From: Bacteroidaceae bacterium
GTDB lineage: Bacteria > Bacillota > Clostridia > Lachnospirales > Lachnospiraceae
Assembly: GCA_963597615.1 (NCBI GenBank)
Contig: CAVBQS010000040.1
Location: 7,366-71,365 of the forward strand
Length of the DNA: 64,000 nt
Direction of reading: 5' to 3'
Shown here: positions 1 through 11,438 of the stretch, piece by piece
Layout of the letters: each line of letters starts with the position of its first letter
Numbering within the stretch: position 1 is the stretch's first letter
Made by a program: the position numbers and the translations under genes
Notes under the pieces: generated by a model
The model's database searches: none
Seen by the model: only the letters and a program-made list of their open reading frames with translations
Told to the model about the DNA's origin: nothing

Positions 1-1
1 C

Positions 2-1165
2 ATTCTTCTAGATGAGTATGATACCCCTCTCTTGGAGGGATACACTGTGGGATATTGGGATGAAATGATAGAGACGTGCCGGCAACTCTTTCACAATACC
101 TTTAAAGAAAACCAGTATTACAGCAGGGCTATTATTACCGGAGTGACCAAGATTTCGAAAAATTCCTTGTTCTCAGATTTAAATAATATTGAGGTGGCTT
201 CTGTGACATGCAATGCCTACAGCGATTGCTGTGGCTTTACGGAAGCAGAAGTGAAGGATGCCCTAAGGTGCCAGAATATTGATAAGATGGCAGAGGTAAA
301 GGCTATGTATGACGGCTTTACCTTTGGAAATCAAAAAGATATTTATAATCCCTGGTCTATTACTAACTATATGCGGCAGGGCTTGTTGATTTCCTATTGG
401 ACCAATACCAGCAGTAATAAGCTAATCGGAGACGTTATTCGCAGACATCCGGTGCACAGCAAGCATGAGATTGAACAATTAATGACAGGAAAACCTGTTC
501 ATAAGATTATAAATGAAGATATTACCTTCCAATATCTGGACGGGGATGAGAATAGTCTGTGGTCCCTGCTTTTGGCAGTGGGTTATATTAAGGCTGAAAA
601 TGTGGTGAGAAAGAAGGGTTTGATTGAGTGCGACGTCTCTGTCACCAATGAGGAAGTTATGGGGATGTTTGAGTATGAGATTGTGTCTATGTTTGAGAAT
701 GGATTTTCTATCTATCCAAGATTTGCAGAGGCATTATTGAAACATAAGATTGAGGATTTGAATGATTATCTCCTGGATATTTCTTATACTTCTATGAGCT
801 ATTTTGATGTGGCAAAGCGACCATCAGAGCGGGCACCGGAGAATTTCTATCACGGACTGGTACTGGGGTTGATAGTATCGTTGAAGGACAGGTACCGGAT
901 TGTTTCCAATCGGGAAAGTGGTCGTGGACGGTATGATATTGCCATGTATCCTAAGAGAGAAGATGACGATGCTTTCCTATTAGAATTTAAGGTATTAGAT
1001 GAGAAAAAGGAGAAGAGTCTGGAGGAAACGGCAGCGAATGCCTTAAAGCAGATTGAAGAGAGAACTTATGAGGCAGACCTTTTGGCCGAGGGAATCCCGG
1101 CAGAGCGGATTTATAAGATGGGATTTGCCTTTAAAGGAAAGGATGTGTTGGTGGTAGAGGCCTAG
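2..1165 (+). CDS. AAA-ATPase-like / PD-(D/E)XK nuclease family protein, C-terminal part (5' end outside window)
   Basis: The frame is open from base 2 (ILLDEYDTPLLEGY...), so the track start at 32 (TTG) is internal. The C-terminal block YHGLVLGL...GRGRYDIAMYP...LLEFKV looks like the PDDEXK-type core fused to AAA-ATPase-like N-domains. Confidence 0.65.
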   Translation: MLLDEYDTPLLEGYTVGYWDEMIETCRQLFHNTFKENQYYSRAIITGVTKISKNSLFSDLNNIEVASVTCNAYSDCCGFTEAEVKDALRCQNIDKMAEVKAMYDGFTFGNQKDIYNPWSITNYMRQGLLISYWTNTSSNKLIGDVIRRHPVHSKHEIEQLMTGKPVHKIINEDITFQYLDGDENSLWSLLLAVGYIKAENVVRKKGLIECDVSVTNEEVMGMFEYEIVSMFENGFSIYPRFAEALLKHKIEDLNDYLLDISYTSMSYFDVAKRPSERAPENFYHGLVLGLIVSLKDRYRIVSNRESGRGRYDIAMYPKREDDDAFLLEFKVLDEKKEKSLEETAANALKQIEERTYEADLLAEGIPAERIYKMGFAFKGKDVLVVEA

Positions 1166-1166
1166 T

Positions 1167-1979
1167 TTACATATGATAAACTCTTCGAAAATATAGGGGA
1201 GTGGTTCCGGTATATTTTCGAAAGATAGATATAAAGTGGCTGGTGTCTGTGAAACCTGTAGTCAAGGCAATTTCCTGAACCTTCATGTGAGGATGGGTCA
1301 GTAATAATTCCTTAGCCTTGTTGATCCGATATCCTGTGAGATATTCATAGACGGAAACTCCCAGGAATTTGCGAAAGAGCCGGGAAAGATACTGGGGAGT
1401 AACAAATACCTGGCGGCTCAAGTCTTGGACCGTCAGTTCCTGGGTATACCGGGTTTCAATTTCCTCTACAATAGGGGCTACATACCTCCGATACAAGGGA
1501 TCGGCAGTCATATTGTTGGAAGAAGAATCCAGGCTAAAGGCCAGCAAAAAATCATAGCACAGAGAAGAAAGTAGCTTTATGTCAGGAATGGAATTCTGAA
1601 ATTCCAAAACCGCTTTTGAAATAATAGGCTCAATGAGACGCCCTTGTTCCTTGCTAACAAAAATCACAGATTGATTCTGAAGGATGGAGGAGATCCTAGA
1701 AGACAGGGTGCCGGTAAATGTGGCAAAAACTGTGTGCCATTCCTCGGATTCTTTTGTATAAGAGTGGGGAATGGAAGGGGCGATTAAGATTCCTTCCTCT
1801 TCCTCAAGAATATAGTGCTTTCCTCGGATTTCAATTTGTCCTTTTCCTTTTTGTGTTTGGAGATAATGAAAAAGAGGATGGCCCTTGGGGCGCTTAATGC
1901 TCTCCTGATACCAGTGGTTTCCCACAGAATCAAACATAAAAGGCATAGTTACCGGGGCTTTTCTAAAGTAAATCGGCAT
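1167..1979 (-). CDS. AraC family transcriptional regulator
   Basis: C-terminal AraC-type HTH (FVTPQYLSRLFRKFLGVSVYEYLTGYRINKAKELL...GFTDTSHFISIFRKYTGTTP) and a cupin-like N-terminal half. Divergent from the GH42 gene. Confidence 0.85.
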   Translation of the reverse strand: MPIYFRKAPVTMPFMFDSVGNHWYQESIKRPKGHPLFHYLQTQKGKGQIEIRGKHYILEEEEGILIAPSIPHSYTKESEEWHTVFATFTGTLSSRISSILQNQSVIFVSKEQGRLIEPIISKAVLEFQNSIPDIKLLSSLCYDFLLAFSLDSSSNNMTADPLYRRYVAPIVEEIETRYTQELTVQDLSRQVFVTPQYLSRLFRKFLGVSVYEYLTGYRINKAKELLLTHPHMKVQEIALTTGFTDTSHFISIFRKYTGTTPLYFRRVYHM

Positions 1980-2099
1980 AAGGTCTCCTTGTTTCGAAAT
2001 GTTATATTTTTTGGAATGACTTATTATACCACAGGAGAAAAAAAGGCACTATAATGAATTCATAAAATATAATAAAAGAAGCTTTTAAAGGAGGTAAAA

Positions 2100-4124
2100 A
2101 TGGCGAGACAGTTGAAATACAAAGGCTACCTTCATGGAGGAGATTATAATCCGGAGCAATGGCTTGACCGGCCGGATATTCTTAAAAAAGACATTGAATA
2201 TTTCAAAAAAGCCCATATTAATACGGTATCTGTAGGTATTTTTTCCTGGGCAGTTCTAGAACCGGAAGAGGGGAAATACAATTTGGACTGGCTGGAAGAG
2301 ATTATCAATAATCTTTACAAAGAGGGAATTTATACGATCCTTGCAACTCCGTCAGGGGCAAGACCCAAATGGATGGCAGACAAATATGAGGAAGTCCTTC
2401 GTATGGATCCGGACAGAACCAGAAGGTTCTTTGGAGGGAGACATAATCACTGCTTTACTTCTCCGGTATACCGAGAAAAAGTTCATGCCATTGATAAGAA
2501 GTTGGCAGAAAGATTTGGAAAACATCCGGCGGTGCTCTTATGGCACATTTCCAATGAGTTTAGTGGGGAGTGTCACTGTCCTCTGTGTCAGGCAAAGTTT
2601 AGAGAATGGCTTAAGGAAAAATATGGCACCATTGAAAACCTAAATAAGAGCTGGTGTACCACTTTCTGGAGTCATATTTATAATGGCTTTGACCAGATTG
2701 AAAGCCCATCTGCTAAGGGGGAAAATGAGCTTCATGCATTAAAACTTGACTGGAAACGGTTTGTTACAGATCAAACCATTGACTTTATCAAAAACGAAGT
2801 GGATGCAATCCGTGAAGGGGGATCTGAACTTCCGGTAACAGCCAATCTTATGTATGACTTTGATGGCTTGGATTATAAGAAATTCAAGGATGTTCTTGAT
2901 ATTGTATCCTGGGACAACTACCCGGGATGGCACAAAAAAGAAGAATATATTACAGCAGTTGACGCAGCAATGCAGCATGATTTGATGCGCAGCATTAAGA
3001 AGACGCCATTTCTTCTCATGGAATCCTGCCCTTCGGCAACCAACTGGAAACCGATTAACAAATTGAAAAAACCGGGAATGCTTTTAGCAAGCTCTCTCCA
3101 GGCAGTTGCCCACGGCTCTGACAGTGTATTATATTTCCAGCTTCGTCAAAGCCAGGGAGCTTCTGAAAAATTCCACGGAGCAGTCATTGACCATTATGGC
3201 AAGGATGACACCCGGGTTTTCCGTGAAGTCACAGAGGTTGGCCAGGTCTTAGAGCAGATCCAGGAGACAGTTGGAAGTGATATGAAATCTCAGGCAGCGG
3301 TCCTCTATGATCGGGAAAATGACTGGGCTATTGCTGATGCCCAGGGACCAAGAAATGAGGACATGCATTACCGGGAAAATGTACAGAAAAACTACCGTGC
3401 ATTAAGAGAGCAGGGCCTGAATGTGGACATTATTGGAATGGGGCACGACCTTACAGATTATAAGATTTTGGCAGCTCCTATGGCTTATATGCTTAAAGAC
3501 GGATATGAAGAGAAACTGCGTTCCTACGTAGAAAAGGGCGGAACCCTGGTACTTTCCTACTGGTCCGGCCTGGTAGATGGCACAGATAAGTGCTTCTTAG
3601 GAGGAAGTCCCTACGGCCTTATGGATGTAACAGGCATTCGCAGCACAGAGATCGATGCCTTGTTTGATTGGGAAGAAAATCATGGAATTCCAGAAATTGG
3701 AAATCATCTTGGAATCAGCAACGTATATGCCTGCAAAAATCTTTGCGAGCTGGTGGAAGTATCTGATGCGGAAGTCTTGATGCACTACGGAGAAGACTTT
3801 TATCAGGGTTACCCAGTGTTGACCCATAAGGTATCTGGCAAAGGTCATGTATATTATGTATGTGCAGATATGGAATTAGGCTTTTATCAGGATTTCTATG
3901 GCAGAGTGGCAAAAGAAGCATCTCTTAAGTCCCCGGTAGACTTTATTCCGGAAGGGGTAGCTGTGACTGTAAGAGAAAATGAAGAGGCGGAGTATCTATT
4001 TATTCAAAATTATGCTAGAAAACCACAGACTGTAGTAGTACCGGCAGAATATGACCTGCTCTATGGAAGCCAAAGCCAAGTCATGGCGCCACTTCAGACA
4101 AGGATTTTGAAGAAAAAGAAATAA
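2100..4124 (+). CDS. beta-galactosidase, glycoside hydrolase family 42
   Basis: 674 aa. N-terminal YLHGGDYNPEQW, WHISNE acid/base block and Cys cluster NHC...CHCPLC typical of the GH42 zinc site. AGGAGG RBS and no signal peptide. Confidence 0.9.
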   Translation: MARQLKYKGYLHGGDYNPEQWLDRPDILKKDIEYFKKAHINTVSVGIFSWAVLEPEEGKYNLDWLEEIINNLYKEGIYTILATPSGARPKWMADKYEEVLRMDPDRTRRFFGGRHNHCFTSPVYREKVHAIDKKLAERFGKHPAVLLWHISNEFSGECHCPLCQAKFREWLKEKYGTIENLNKSWCTTFWSHIYNGFDQIESPSAKGENELHALKLDWKRFVTDQTIDFIKNEVDAIREGGSELPVTANLMYDFDGLDYKKFKDVLDIVSWDNYPGWHKKEEYITAVDAAMQHDLMRSIKKTPFLLMESCPSATNWKPINKLKKPGMLLASSLQAVAHGSDSVLYFQLRQSQGASEKFHGAVIDHYGKDDTRVFREVTEVGQVLEQIQETVGSDMKSQAAVLYDRENDWAIADAQGPRNEDMHYRENVQKNYRALREQGLNVDIIGMGHDLTDYKILAAPMAYMLKDGYEEKLRSYVEKGGTLVLSYWSGLVDGTDKCFLGGSPYGLMDVTGIRSTEIDALFDWEENHGIPEIGNHLGISNVYACKNLCELVEVSDAEVLMHYGEDFYQGYPVLTHKVSGKGHVYYVCADMELGFYQDFYGRVAKEASLKSPVDFIPEGVAVTVRENEEAEYLFIQNYARKPQTVVVPAEYDLLYGSQSQVMAPLQTRILKKKK

Positions 4125-4140
4125 AGCGTAAGGCATAAAA

Positions 4141-4172
4141 AGTTCTCGGCATTTTGCTGAGAACTTTTTTCT
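4141..4172 (+). terminator. rho-independent terminator after the GH42 gene
   Basis: AGTTCTC-N11-GAGAACT hairpin followed by TTTTTT. Confidence 0.8.
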
Positions 4173-4292
4173 TTTTAAAGTCTTAGGAATGTCTAAAAAA
4201 TAGCGTATTTTTCGCTGAATTCTTCCAGTATTTTTATCTCTTATGGCTTTGTATAATGAAAAAAAGATGATAGATAAAGGAGTTATAGAGAG

Positions 4293-6632
4293 ATGAAATT
4301 CGGAAATGGATGTTGGCTGCAAAAGGAAGGAATCGAATGTTTTGCACCACAGGAAGCTTATTTTGTAAAGAAAAATGATAATGAAGTTGTAATCTGTGCC
4401 CCCACACATCATATTGCCCATAGAGGAGATACCCTAGGTGGAGTGAACCTTACTGTAAGAATCACGGCACCGGCAGAGGATGTGATTCGAGTACAGACAA
4501 GCCACTACCTGGGGGTAGAAGACCACAGCCCAAAGTTTGATCTCAATATGGACGAAAACCGCAGCATGAAAGTGGAGGAAACAGAAGATGAAGTTTTGGT
4601 AACATCTGGAAATCTATCCCTTCGTGTCAATAAGAAAAATTGGAGCATGTCTTACGAAAGAGAGGGGAAGGTCCTTACTGCAAGCAGTGGAAGAGACTTA
4701 GCCTATATGCGTACCCAGTGGACAGGGTCTGCCTATGATATGGATCCGGAAGGCAAGGCCTATATGCGTCAACAGCTTGGCATTGATGTAAATGAGCATG
4801 TTTATGGACTTGGTGAGCGTTTTGGAGCCCTGGTTAGAAACGGTCAGTCTGTGGATATCTGGAACGAGGATGGGGGAACAAGCACTGACCAGTCCTACAA
4901 AAATATCCCATTTTATTTGACAGACAAAGGCTACGGTGTCTTTGTAAATAGCTCTGATAAAGTTTCTTTTGAAGTAGGAACAGAGCAGGTGACAAAGGTA
5001 GAATTTTCTGTAAAAGGAGAGAGCTTAGACTATTTTGTGATCGATGGACCGACTATGAAAGATGTCTTGAAGCGCTATACAGACCTTACAGGAAAACCGG
5101 CTCTTCCAGCTCCTTGGACCTATGGCCTTTGGCTTTCTACTTCCTTTACAACAAACTATGACGAAGAGACTGTTATGAGTTTTGTTGATGGTATGCTGGA
5201 GAGAGGAATCGGCCTTCGGGTCTTCCATTTTGACTGTTTCTGGATGAAGGATTTCCACTGGTCAGACTTTTTGTGGGATACCAGAGTCTTCCCGGATCCA
5301 GAAGGAATGCTTAGCAGGATCAAGGCAAAGGGCTTAAATATCTGTGTGTGGATCAACCCTTATATTGCCCAGGAATCAGCCTTGTTTGCAGAAGGAAAAG
5401 ACAAGGGTTACTTTATTAAGCGACCAAATGGCGACGTATGGCAGTGGGATATGTGGCAGCCGGGAATGGCCTTGGTTGACTTTACAAATCCGGCAGCCTG
5501 CAAGTGGTTTCAGGACAAGTTAGAAGTTCTTTTGGATATGGGGGTTGACTGCTTTAAGACCGATTTCGGCGAGCGAATTCCAGTAAATTGTATTTATGCA
5601 GACGGGTCTGACCCAGAAAAAATGCATAACTACTACACTTATCTTTACAATAAAACTGTATTTGATCTCTTAGAGCAAAAGAGAGGTAAGTCAGAAGCAG
5701 TCCTCTTTGCCCGTTCTGCAACTGTAGGAGGTCAGAAGTTCCCGGTACATTGGGGCGGTGACTGCTGGTCTGATTATGTGTCCATGGAAGAAAGCCTTCG
5801 AGGAGGTCTGTCTCTTACTATGTCAGGCTTTGGTTACTGGAGCCACGATATCGGCGGTTTTGAAAGCACCTCTACGCCAGATGTGTATAAGCGCTGGGCT
5901 GCCTTTGGTTTAATGTCCTCTCATTCCAGACTTCACGGAAGTACTTCCTACCGTGTGCCTTGGGCATATGATGAGGAAGCAGTAGATGTGGTCCGTTATT
6001 TCACAGAGGTAAAGGCAAAGCTTATGCCTTATTTGTATAGAAATTCTATCGAGACTGCTGCAACAGGAGTTCCTATGATGCGCAGCATGATTATGGAATT
6101 TACAAAAGACCGTAACTGTGCCTACCTAGACAAACAGTATATGTTGGGAGATTCCCTCCTGGTTGCGCCAATCTTTAATGATGAGAGCAAGGCCATTTAT
6201 TATCTGCCGGAAGGAAGCTGGACCCATTATCTTACAGGGGAAGTAAAAGAAGGTGGAAAATGGTATGAGGAGCCTTGCGGTTACCTGAGCATACCAGTAT
6301 TTGCCAAGGAAAATAGTCTTATTGCAGTGGGATCAGAAAAGATGAAACCGGATTATGATTACGCAGAAAATGTGGAAATTCGTGCTTATTCTTTGAAAGA
6401 TGGTGGAAAAACTTCTACCTATGTATGTGGAATGGACAGACAGGTGGAGACCACAGTTACTGCAGCAAGAACCGGTGCCAAGGTTGAAATCCAGGTAAAG
6501 GCAAGCAAGCCTTGCAGCATTCTTCTTGTAAATGAGGCAGCAAAGGCTGTAGAGGGAGGAGATTTCCGGATTAAGGACAAGGATACCTTGATTTTATGTG
6601 CCGGCAATGCACAGATTACAGTTACTCTCTAA
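4293..6632 (+). CDS. GH31 glycosidase, YicI/XylS-type (probable alpha-xylosidase)
   Basis: 779 aa with VWINPY, KTDFGERIP and HWGGDC motifs of GH31, and overall YicI-like length. No signal peptide. Alpha-xylosidase versus alpha-glucosidase specificity is inferred from context. Confidence 0.8.
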   Translation: MKFGNGCWLQKEGIECFAPQEAYFVKKNDNEVVICAPTHHIAHRGDTLGGVNLTVRITAPAEDVIRVQTSHYLGVEDHSPKFDLNMDENRSMKVEETEDEVLVTSGNLSLRVNKKNWSMSYEREGKVLTASSGRDLAYMRTQWTGSAYDMDPEGKAYMRQQLGIDVNEHVYGLGERFGALVRNGQSVDIWNEDGGTSTDQSYKNIPFYLTDKGYGVFVNSSDKVSFEVGTEQVTKVEFSVKGESLDYFVIDGPTMKDVLKRYTDLTGKPALPAPWTYGLWLSTSFTTNYDEETVMSFVDGMLERGIGLRVFHFDCFWMKDFHWSDFLWDTRVFPDPEGMLSRIKAKGLNICVWINPYIAQESALFAEGKDKGYFIKRPNGDVWQWDMWQPGMALVDFTNPAACKWFQDKLEVLLDMGVDCFKTDFGERIPVNCIYADGSDPEKMHNYYTYLYNKTVFDLLEQKRGKSEAVLFARSATVGGQKFPVHWGGDCWSDYVSMEESLRGGLSLTMSGFGYWSHDIGGFESTSTPDVYKRWAAFGLMSSHSRLHGSTSYRVPWAYDEEAVDVVRYFTEVKAKLMPYLYRNSIETAATGVPMMRSMIMEFTKDRNCAYLDKQYMLGDSLLVAPIFNDESKAIYYLPEGSWTHYLTGEVKEGGKWYEEPCGYLSIPVFAKENSLIAVGSEKMKPDYDYAENVEIRAYSLKDGGKTSTYVCGMDRQVETTVTAARTGAKVEIQVKASKPCSILLVNEAAKAVEGGDFRIKDKDTLILCAGNAQITVTL

Positions 6633-6727
6633 AGGATAAAACAATATAAGCTGCAAACCGGTTATCAATTTGGAAGAAATCTATAGTTGATGGCCGGTTT
6701 GTTCTATAAATAGATGAGGAAGAGAAA

Positions 6728-8878
6728 ATGCAGAAAAATAAAGAGATAGAAAAGCAAATTGAAGATTTAATAAAGGAGCTAAGCCTTGACGAGAAAATTG
6801 GTATGATCCATGGGGCGGGACTTTTTCGTACAGAAGGGGTGGACCGTCTTGGAATTCCGCCGGTAAAAATGTCCGACGGGCCCATGGGGGTTCGCAATGA
6901 ATTTCCAGATGATTCCTGGGTGCCGGTGGGAAAAAGTGATGACTATGTAACCTATCTGCCAAGCAACAGCGCCCTGGCATCTACATGGAATCGAACTTTG
7001 GCTTATGAGACGGGAAAAGTTCTTGGAGAAGAGGCCAGAGGAAGAGGAAAAGATGTGATTCTTGCACCGGGCATTAATATTAAAAGAAGTCCTCTCTGCG
7101 GACGAAATTTTGAATATATGAGTGAAGACCCTCACCTAAGCGGGGAGATGGCTGTGCCGGTAATCGAAGGCGTTCAGGCCGCAGATGTGGCAGCCTGTGT
7201 AAAACATTTTGCAATTAATAATCAAGAGACCGAGCGTCTCTGGGTAGATGTAAAAGTTAGTGACAGGGCGGCAAGAGAAATCTATTTCCCGGCATTTAAA
7301 AGGGCAGCAGGGGAGTCCTATTCCATGATGGGAGCCTATAATCTTTACAAGGGGAGACATTGCTGTGAAAACAAAGAGCTCCTAAATGAGATCCTCCGAA
7401 AAGAATGGGGATATGATGGTATGGTGGTATCGGACTGGGGAGCGGTTCATAAGACCAAAGAGGTGGCAAAGGCTGGTTTGGATATAGAAATGTCTGTTAC
7501 CTATGATTTTAATGAATACTGCATGGCAAAGCCCCTAAAAGAAGCAGTAGAAAAAGGGGAGATTGCGGAAGAATTGTTGGATGAAAAGGTTGGAAACATT
7601 CTTCGGATGATGTATCGTCTGCATATGATTGGAGAAGAAAAAGATCAGAGAAAAGCAGGATGCTATAATACTCCAGAACATAGAAAGAGCGTCCTTATGA
7701 CAGCCCGAGAGTCCGTAGTGCTCCTGAAAAATGATGATAAAAAGCTTCCTTTATCCCCTGAAATAGATCGTATTTTGGTAATCGGAGACAATGGAAACCG
7801 TATTCATTCCAATGGAGGAGGAAGCGCGGAAATAAAAGCCCTTTACGAGATTTCCCCTCTTCTTGGAATCAAAAAGCTCCTTGGTGGCAATACCCAGGTG
7901 GACTTTGTCCAGGGATATTTTGCAGATGATATGGAAGGTCAGGACAGTAATGTGAACTGGCAGGCAGACAGCTTAGAAAATGGTGGAGGCTCCACAGGAG
8001 AGGCTAGAAAGATTAGCCTTGAATTGGAAGTAAAACGACGAGTCTTAAGAGAAGAGGCAGTAAAAAAGGCAAAACAGTATGACACAGTGATCTTCATTGG
8101 AGGTCAAAACCATATGCAGGATTTAGAGGGCCATGACAGACCAGATATGAAGTTGCCTTATGAGCAGGATCAACTGATTAAAGAGGTTTTGGAAGTAAAT
8201 CCAGAAACAGTGGTAATTATGGTTTCCGGGTCCCCGGTGGAGATGCCCTGGATTCACAAGGCAAAGACCCTTGTTTGGCAGTGGTATGCAGGAATGGAAG
8301 GTGGAACTGCCCTTGCAGAAGTGCTTTTTGGAAAAGTAAATCCTTCCGGCCGCCTTCCGGAAAGTTTCCCTAAGACCCATCTAGACTGCTCAGCCCACAG
8401 CATAGGAGAGTTTCCGGGAGACAAAACTGTCGAATACAAAGAAGGAATTTATGTGGGATACCGTCACTATGACACAAGAGATATTCCGGTATTATTCCCC
8501 TTTGGATACGGCCTATCCTATACAGAATTTGCTATTTCAGACTTGGAGGCAGTTGTAAAAATGCCGGGAGAAGAACCCCAGGTAAGTGTCAGTTTAAAGA
8601 TAAGTAATATAGGCAAAGTGGATGGAAAAGAAGTGGTACAAATCTACGTAGGAAAAGAAGAAGCCAAGGTAGATCGCCCAAAGAAGGTGCTAGCAGCCTT
8701 TACCAAAATAGAATTGGCAGTAGGGGAATCCAGCCAGATTAGACTGGATCTAAATCCAAATGCCTTCAGCTACTACGATGAAGAAAAAGGACAGTTTATA
8801 GTAGAGCCGGGAACCTACCAAATCTACGCAGGCAAGTCTGTGGCAGATATCTGTCAAAGTACCATTTGCGAGCTATAA
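6728..8878 (+). CDS. beta-glucosidase, glycoside hydrolase family 3
   Basis: 716 aa. KMSDGPMGVR, nucleophile block MVVSDWGA and a C-terminal Fn3-like domain. No signal peptide. Confidence 0.9.
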   Translation: MQKNKEIEKQIEDLIKELSLDEKIGMIHGAGLFRTEGVDRLGIPPVKMSDGPMGVRNEFPDDSWVPVGKSDDYVTYLPSNSALASTWNRTLAYETGKVLGEEARGRGKDVILAPGINIKRSPLCGRNFEYMSEDPHLSGEMAVPVIEGVQAADVAACVKHFAINNQETERLWVDVKVSDRAAREIYFPAFKRAAGESYSMMGAYNLYKGRHCCENKELLNEILRKEWGYDGMVVSDWGAVHKTKEVAKAGLDIEMSVTYDFNEYCMAKPLKEAVEKGEIAEELLDEKVGNILRMMYRLHMIGEEKDQRKAGCYNTPEHRKSVLMTARESVVLLKNDDKKLPLSPEIDRILVIGDNGNRIHSNGGGSAEIKALYEISPLLGIKKLLGGNTQVDFVQGYFADDMEGQDSNVNWQADSLENGGGSTGEARKISLELEVKRRVLREEAVKKAKQYDTVIFIGGQNHMQDLEGHDRPDMKLPYEQDQLIKEVLEVNPETVVIMVSGSPVEMPWIHKAKTLVWQWYAGMEGGTALAEVLFGKVNPSGRLPESFPKTHLDCSAHSIGEFPGDKTVEYKEGIYVGYRHYDTRDIPVLFPFGYGLSYTEFAISDLEAVVKMPGEEPQVSVSLKISNIGKVDGKEVVQIYVGKEEAKVDRPKKVLAAFTKIELAVGESSQIRLDLNPNAFSYYDEEKGQFIVEPGTYQIYAGKSVADICQSTICEL

Positions 8879-8903
8879 AGCTAAACCTACCATAACGCAA
8901 AGG

Positions 8904-8941
8904 CCGAACCTGGTGGCTTTACAAAACAGCCACCAGGTTCG
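8904..8941. terminator. strong hairpin between convergent GH3 and GH94 genes (probable bidirectional terminator)
   Basis: CCGAACCTGGTGGCT-N9-AGCCACCAGGTTCG, a 14-bp perfect stem. U-tracts are weak on both strands. Confidence 0.5.
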
Positions 8942-8969
8942 ACCTTGTCTGCGTTTGGATTAATTTACC

Positions 8970-11405
8970 TTATCCCATTGTAATCTCTACAGTATATTCG
9001 CCGCATCCTTCCAAGGGCCGTACCAGATTTCCGGCAACTTCCTTGCCGTTTACTAGCATCTTTTGGACGCCTTTTTCTACGCCATTTGGCTTCACGATAT
9101 TGATGTGATAGTTAGCATCTCGGTAGGTTCGCTCCAAAGTGATCTCTTTTAGTTCATCTGGTAAGCAGGGATCGATGCGGAGGCCGTCGTAATCGGGTTG
9201 TATACCCAGTAGGTATTGGGATACGTTTACAAAGGTCCAGGCTGCAGTTCCTGTAAGCCAGCTGTTTTTTGCTTCTCCGTGCTTGGGGGCATCGGTACCG
9301 GCAATCATCTGAGAATATACATAAGGTTCTGTGCGGTGGATTTCGCTGATATCCTCGATATATGCAGGACAAGTTTTCTTGTAAATTTCAAAGGCTCTAT
9401 TTCCTCGGCCAATTACTGCTTCTGCAATGGAAATCCATGGATTGTTGTGGCAGAAAATACCTGCATTCTCCTTATATCCCGGCGGGTAGGAAGAAATTTC
9501 CCCAAGATTCAGATGATAGGTCTGGTAAGCAGGCTGTTGCAGCATAATGCCATATTTGGTATCCAGGTGTTCCTTTACAGAATCCAGAGCTTCCTTTGCC
9601 TTTCCTTCTTTTACACCTACTCCTGCAAGCACGCAGAATCCTTGGGGTTCGATGAAGATTTTTCCTTCTTCATTTTCCTTAGAGCCTACTTTCTCTCCGG
9701 CAGCATCATAAGCCCGAAGGAACCACTTGCCATCCCAGCCGTCTTTTAGAATTGCCTGGTACATATCCTCTGATGCCTGATAAGCCCTGTCTGCTTCTTC
9801 TTTATTTCCTAAAATCTCGTTGATCTGTCCATATTCCCTTGCATATTTTACAAACATGCCTGCAATGAAAACAGACTCTGCCACAGGTCCCTCAGATGGC
9901 CCGGTGGTCTGGAAGGACTCTCCTGGTTCTTTGGAGAAACAGTTAAGGTTCAGGCAATCATTCCAATCGGCCCGGCCGATTAAAGGCAACTTGTGGGGGC
10001 CTAAATGGATTAGGGTGTATTCAAAAGAACGTTTTAAATGTTCCAAAAGAGGGGCTGCCTTTGATGGATCATTGTCAAAATCAACAGATTCTTCCAGAAT
10101 GCCAAAGTCTCCGGTTTCTTTGGTGTAGGCACTAACTGCCGCAATCAGCCACAGAGGGTCATCGTTAAATCCGCTGCCAATATCAAGATTTCCTCGTTTG
10201 GTCAGAGGCTGGTACTGGTGGTAGGCACTTCCGTCTTCCATCTGGGTAGCGGCAATATCAAGAATTCGTCCTCTGGCCCGTTCTGGAATTAGGTGGACGA
10301 AGCCAAGAAGGTCTTGGCAGGAGTCTCGAAATCCCATGCCTCGGCCAGTTCCAGACTCAAAATAAGAGGCAGAACGGGACATGTTAAAAGTAACCATACA
10401 CTGATACTGGTTCCAAATATTTACCATTCTAGAAAGTTTCTCATCTTGGCAAGAAAGGGTGTATCTAGACAGCAATTGCTCCCAGTAGCTGGCAAGGGAG
10501 GCTAGGACTTCCTCCACCTGCCCATTGGTTTGATAACGGGACATAATACTGCGGGCAGGAGTCTTGTTGATGACGTTAGGAGCCTCCCATTTTTGATCTT
10601 CTGAATTTTCGGCATAGCCAAGAAGGAAGATTAAGCTTTTTTCCTCTCCTGGATTTAATTCCACTTCGATTCTGTGAGAACCGATAACGGCATCGCCACT
10701 GGCCATAGTTTGGTAGGAAGTAGAGTCTGTCACAGCCTTGGGTGCCTGAATAGATCCGTAGGCTCCAAGAAAATCATCTCGGCTGGTGTCAAAACCATCT
10801 ACAGGCTGGTTGACACTGTAAAAGGCATAGTGGTTGCGGCGCTCTCTGTACTCGGTTTTGTGGTAGATCTCAGATCCTATTACTTCAACTTCCCCAAGAC
10901 TTAAATTTCTCTGGAAGTTTGTAGAGTCATCCACTGCATTCCAGAAACAAAATTCTACATAGGAAGTCAGGGTCAGTTTATGAGTTTTGTAGTCCATATT
11001 TTTAAGCTTTAAATAGTTGACTTCGCAGGTCTCGTGAAGGGGGACAAAGGCAGTCAAATCAGCAACGATTCCATTTTTGGAAGAATGAAAACGGGTGTAT
11101 CCAAGACCGTGATGGCACTCATAGGTATCCAAAGGAGTCTTAGATGGCTGCCATCCTGGATTCCAGATGGTTCCCCCATCATTGATAAAATAGTAGCGGC
11201 CGTTGGTGTCCGCCGGCACATTATTGTAGCGGTAACGGGTAATGCGAAGAAGCTTCGCGTCCTTGTAAAAACTGTATCCTCCGGCAGTATTAGAAATCAG
11301 GGAAAAGAAATCTTCATTTCCAAGATAATTGATCCAGGGATTAGGGGTTCTAGGATCTGTGATTACGTATTCTTTGTTCTTGTCATCAAAAAATCCATAT
11401 TTCAT
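8970..11405 (-). CDS. cellobiose (cellodextrin) phosphorylase, GH94
   Basis: 811 aa. The N-terminus [29 protein letters not shown] and the length are characteristic of clostridial cellobiose phosphorylases. Confidence 0.9.
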   Translation of the reverse strand: MKYGFFDDKNKEYVITDPRTPNPWINYLGNEDFFSLISNTAGGYSFYKDAKLLRITRYRYNNVPADTNGRYYFINDGGTIWNPGWQPSKTPLDTYECHHGLGYTRFHSSKNGIVADLTAFVPLHETCEVNYLKLKNMDYKTHKLTLTSYVEFCFWNAVDDSTNFQRNLSLGEVEVIGSEIYHKTEYRERRNHYAFYSVNQPVDGFDTSRDDFLGAYGSIQAPKAVTDSTSYQTMASGDAVIGSHRIEVELNPGEEKSLIFLLGYAENSEDQKWEAPNVINKTPARSIMSRYQTNGQVEEVLASLASYWEQLLSRYTLSCQDEKLSRMVNIWNQYQCMVTFNMSRSASYFESGTGRGMGFRDSCQDLLGFVHLIPERARGRILDIAATQMEDGSAYHQYQPLTKRGNLDIGSGFNDDPLWLIAAVSAYTKETGDFGILEESVDFDNDPSKAAPLLEHLKRSFEYTLIHLGPHKLPLIGRADWNDCLNLNCFSKEPGESFQTTGPSEGPVAESVFIAGMFVKYAREYGQINEILGNKEEADRAYQASEDMYQAILKDGWDGKWFLRAYDAAGEKVGSKENEEGKIFIEPQGFCVLAGVGVKEGKAKEALDSVKEHLDTKYGIMLQQPAYQTYHLNLGEISSYPPGYKENAGIFCHNNPWISIAEAVIGRGNRAFEIYKKTCPAYIEDISEIHRTEPYVYSQMIAGTDAPKHGEAKNSWLTGTAAWTFVNVSQYLLGIQPDYDGLRIDPCLPDELKEITLERTYRDANYHINIVKPNGVEKGVQKMLVNGKEVAGNLVRPLEGCGEYTVEITMG

Positions 11406-11438
11406 AGTGTAAAATCTCCTTATATTAATCGTCTATTT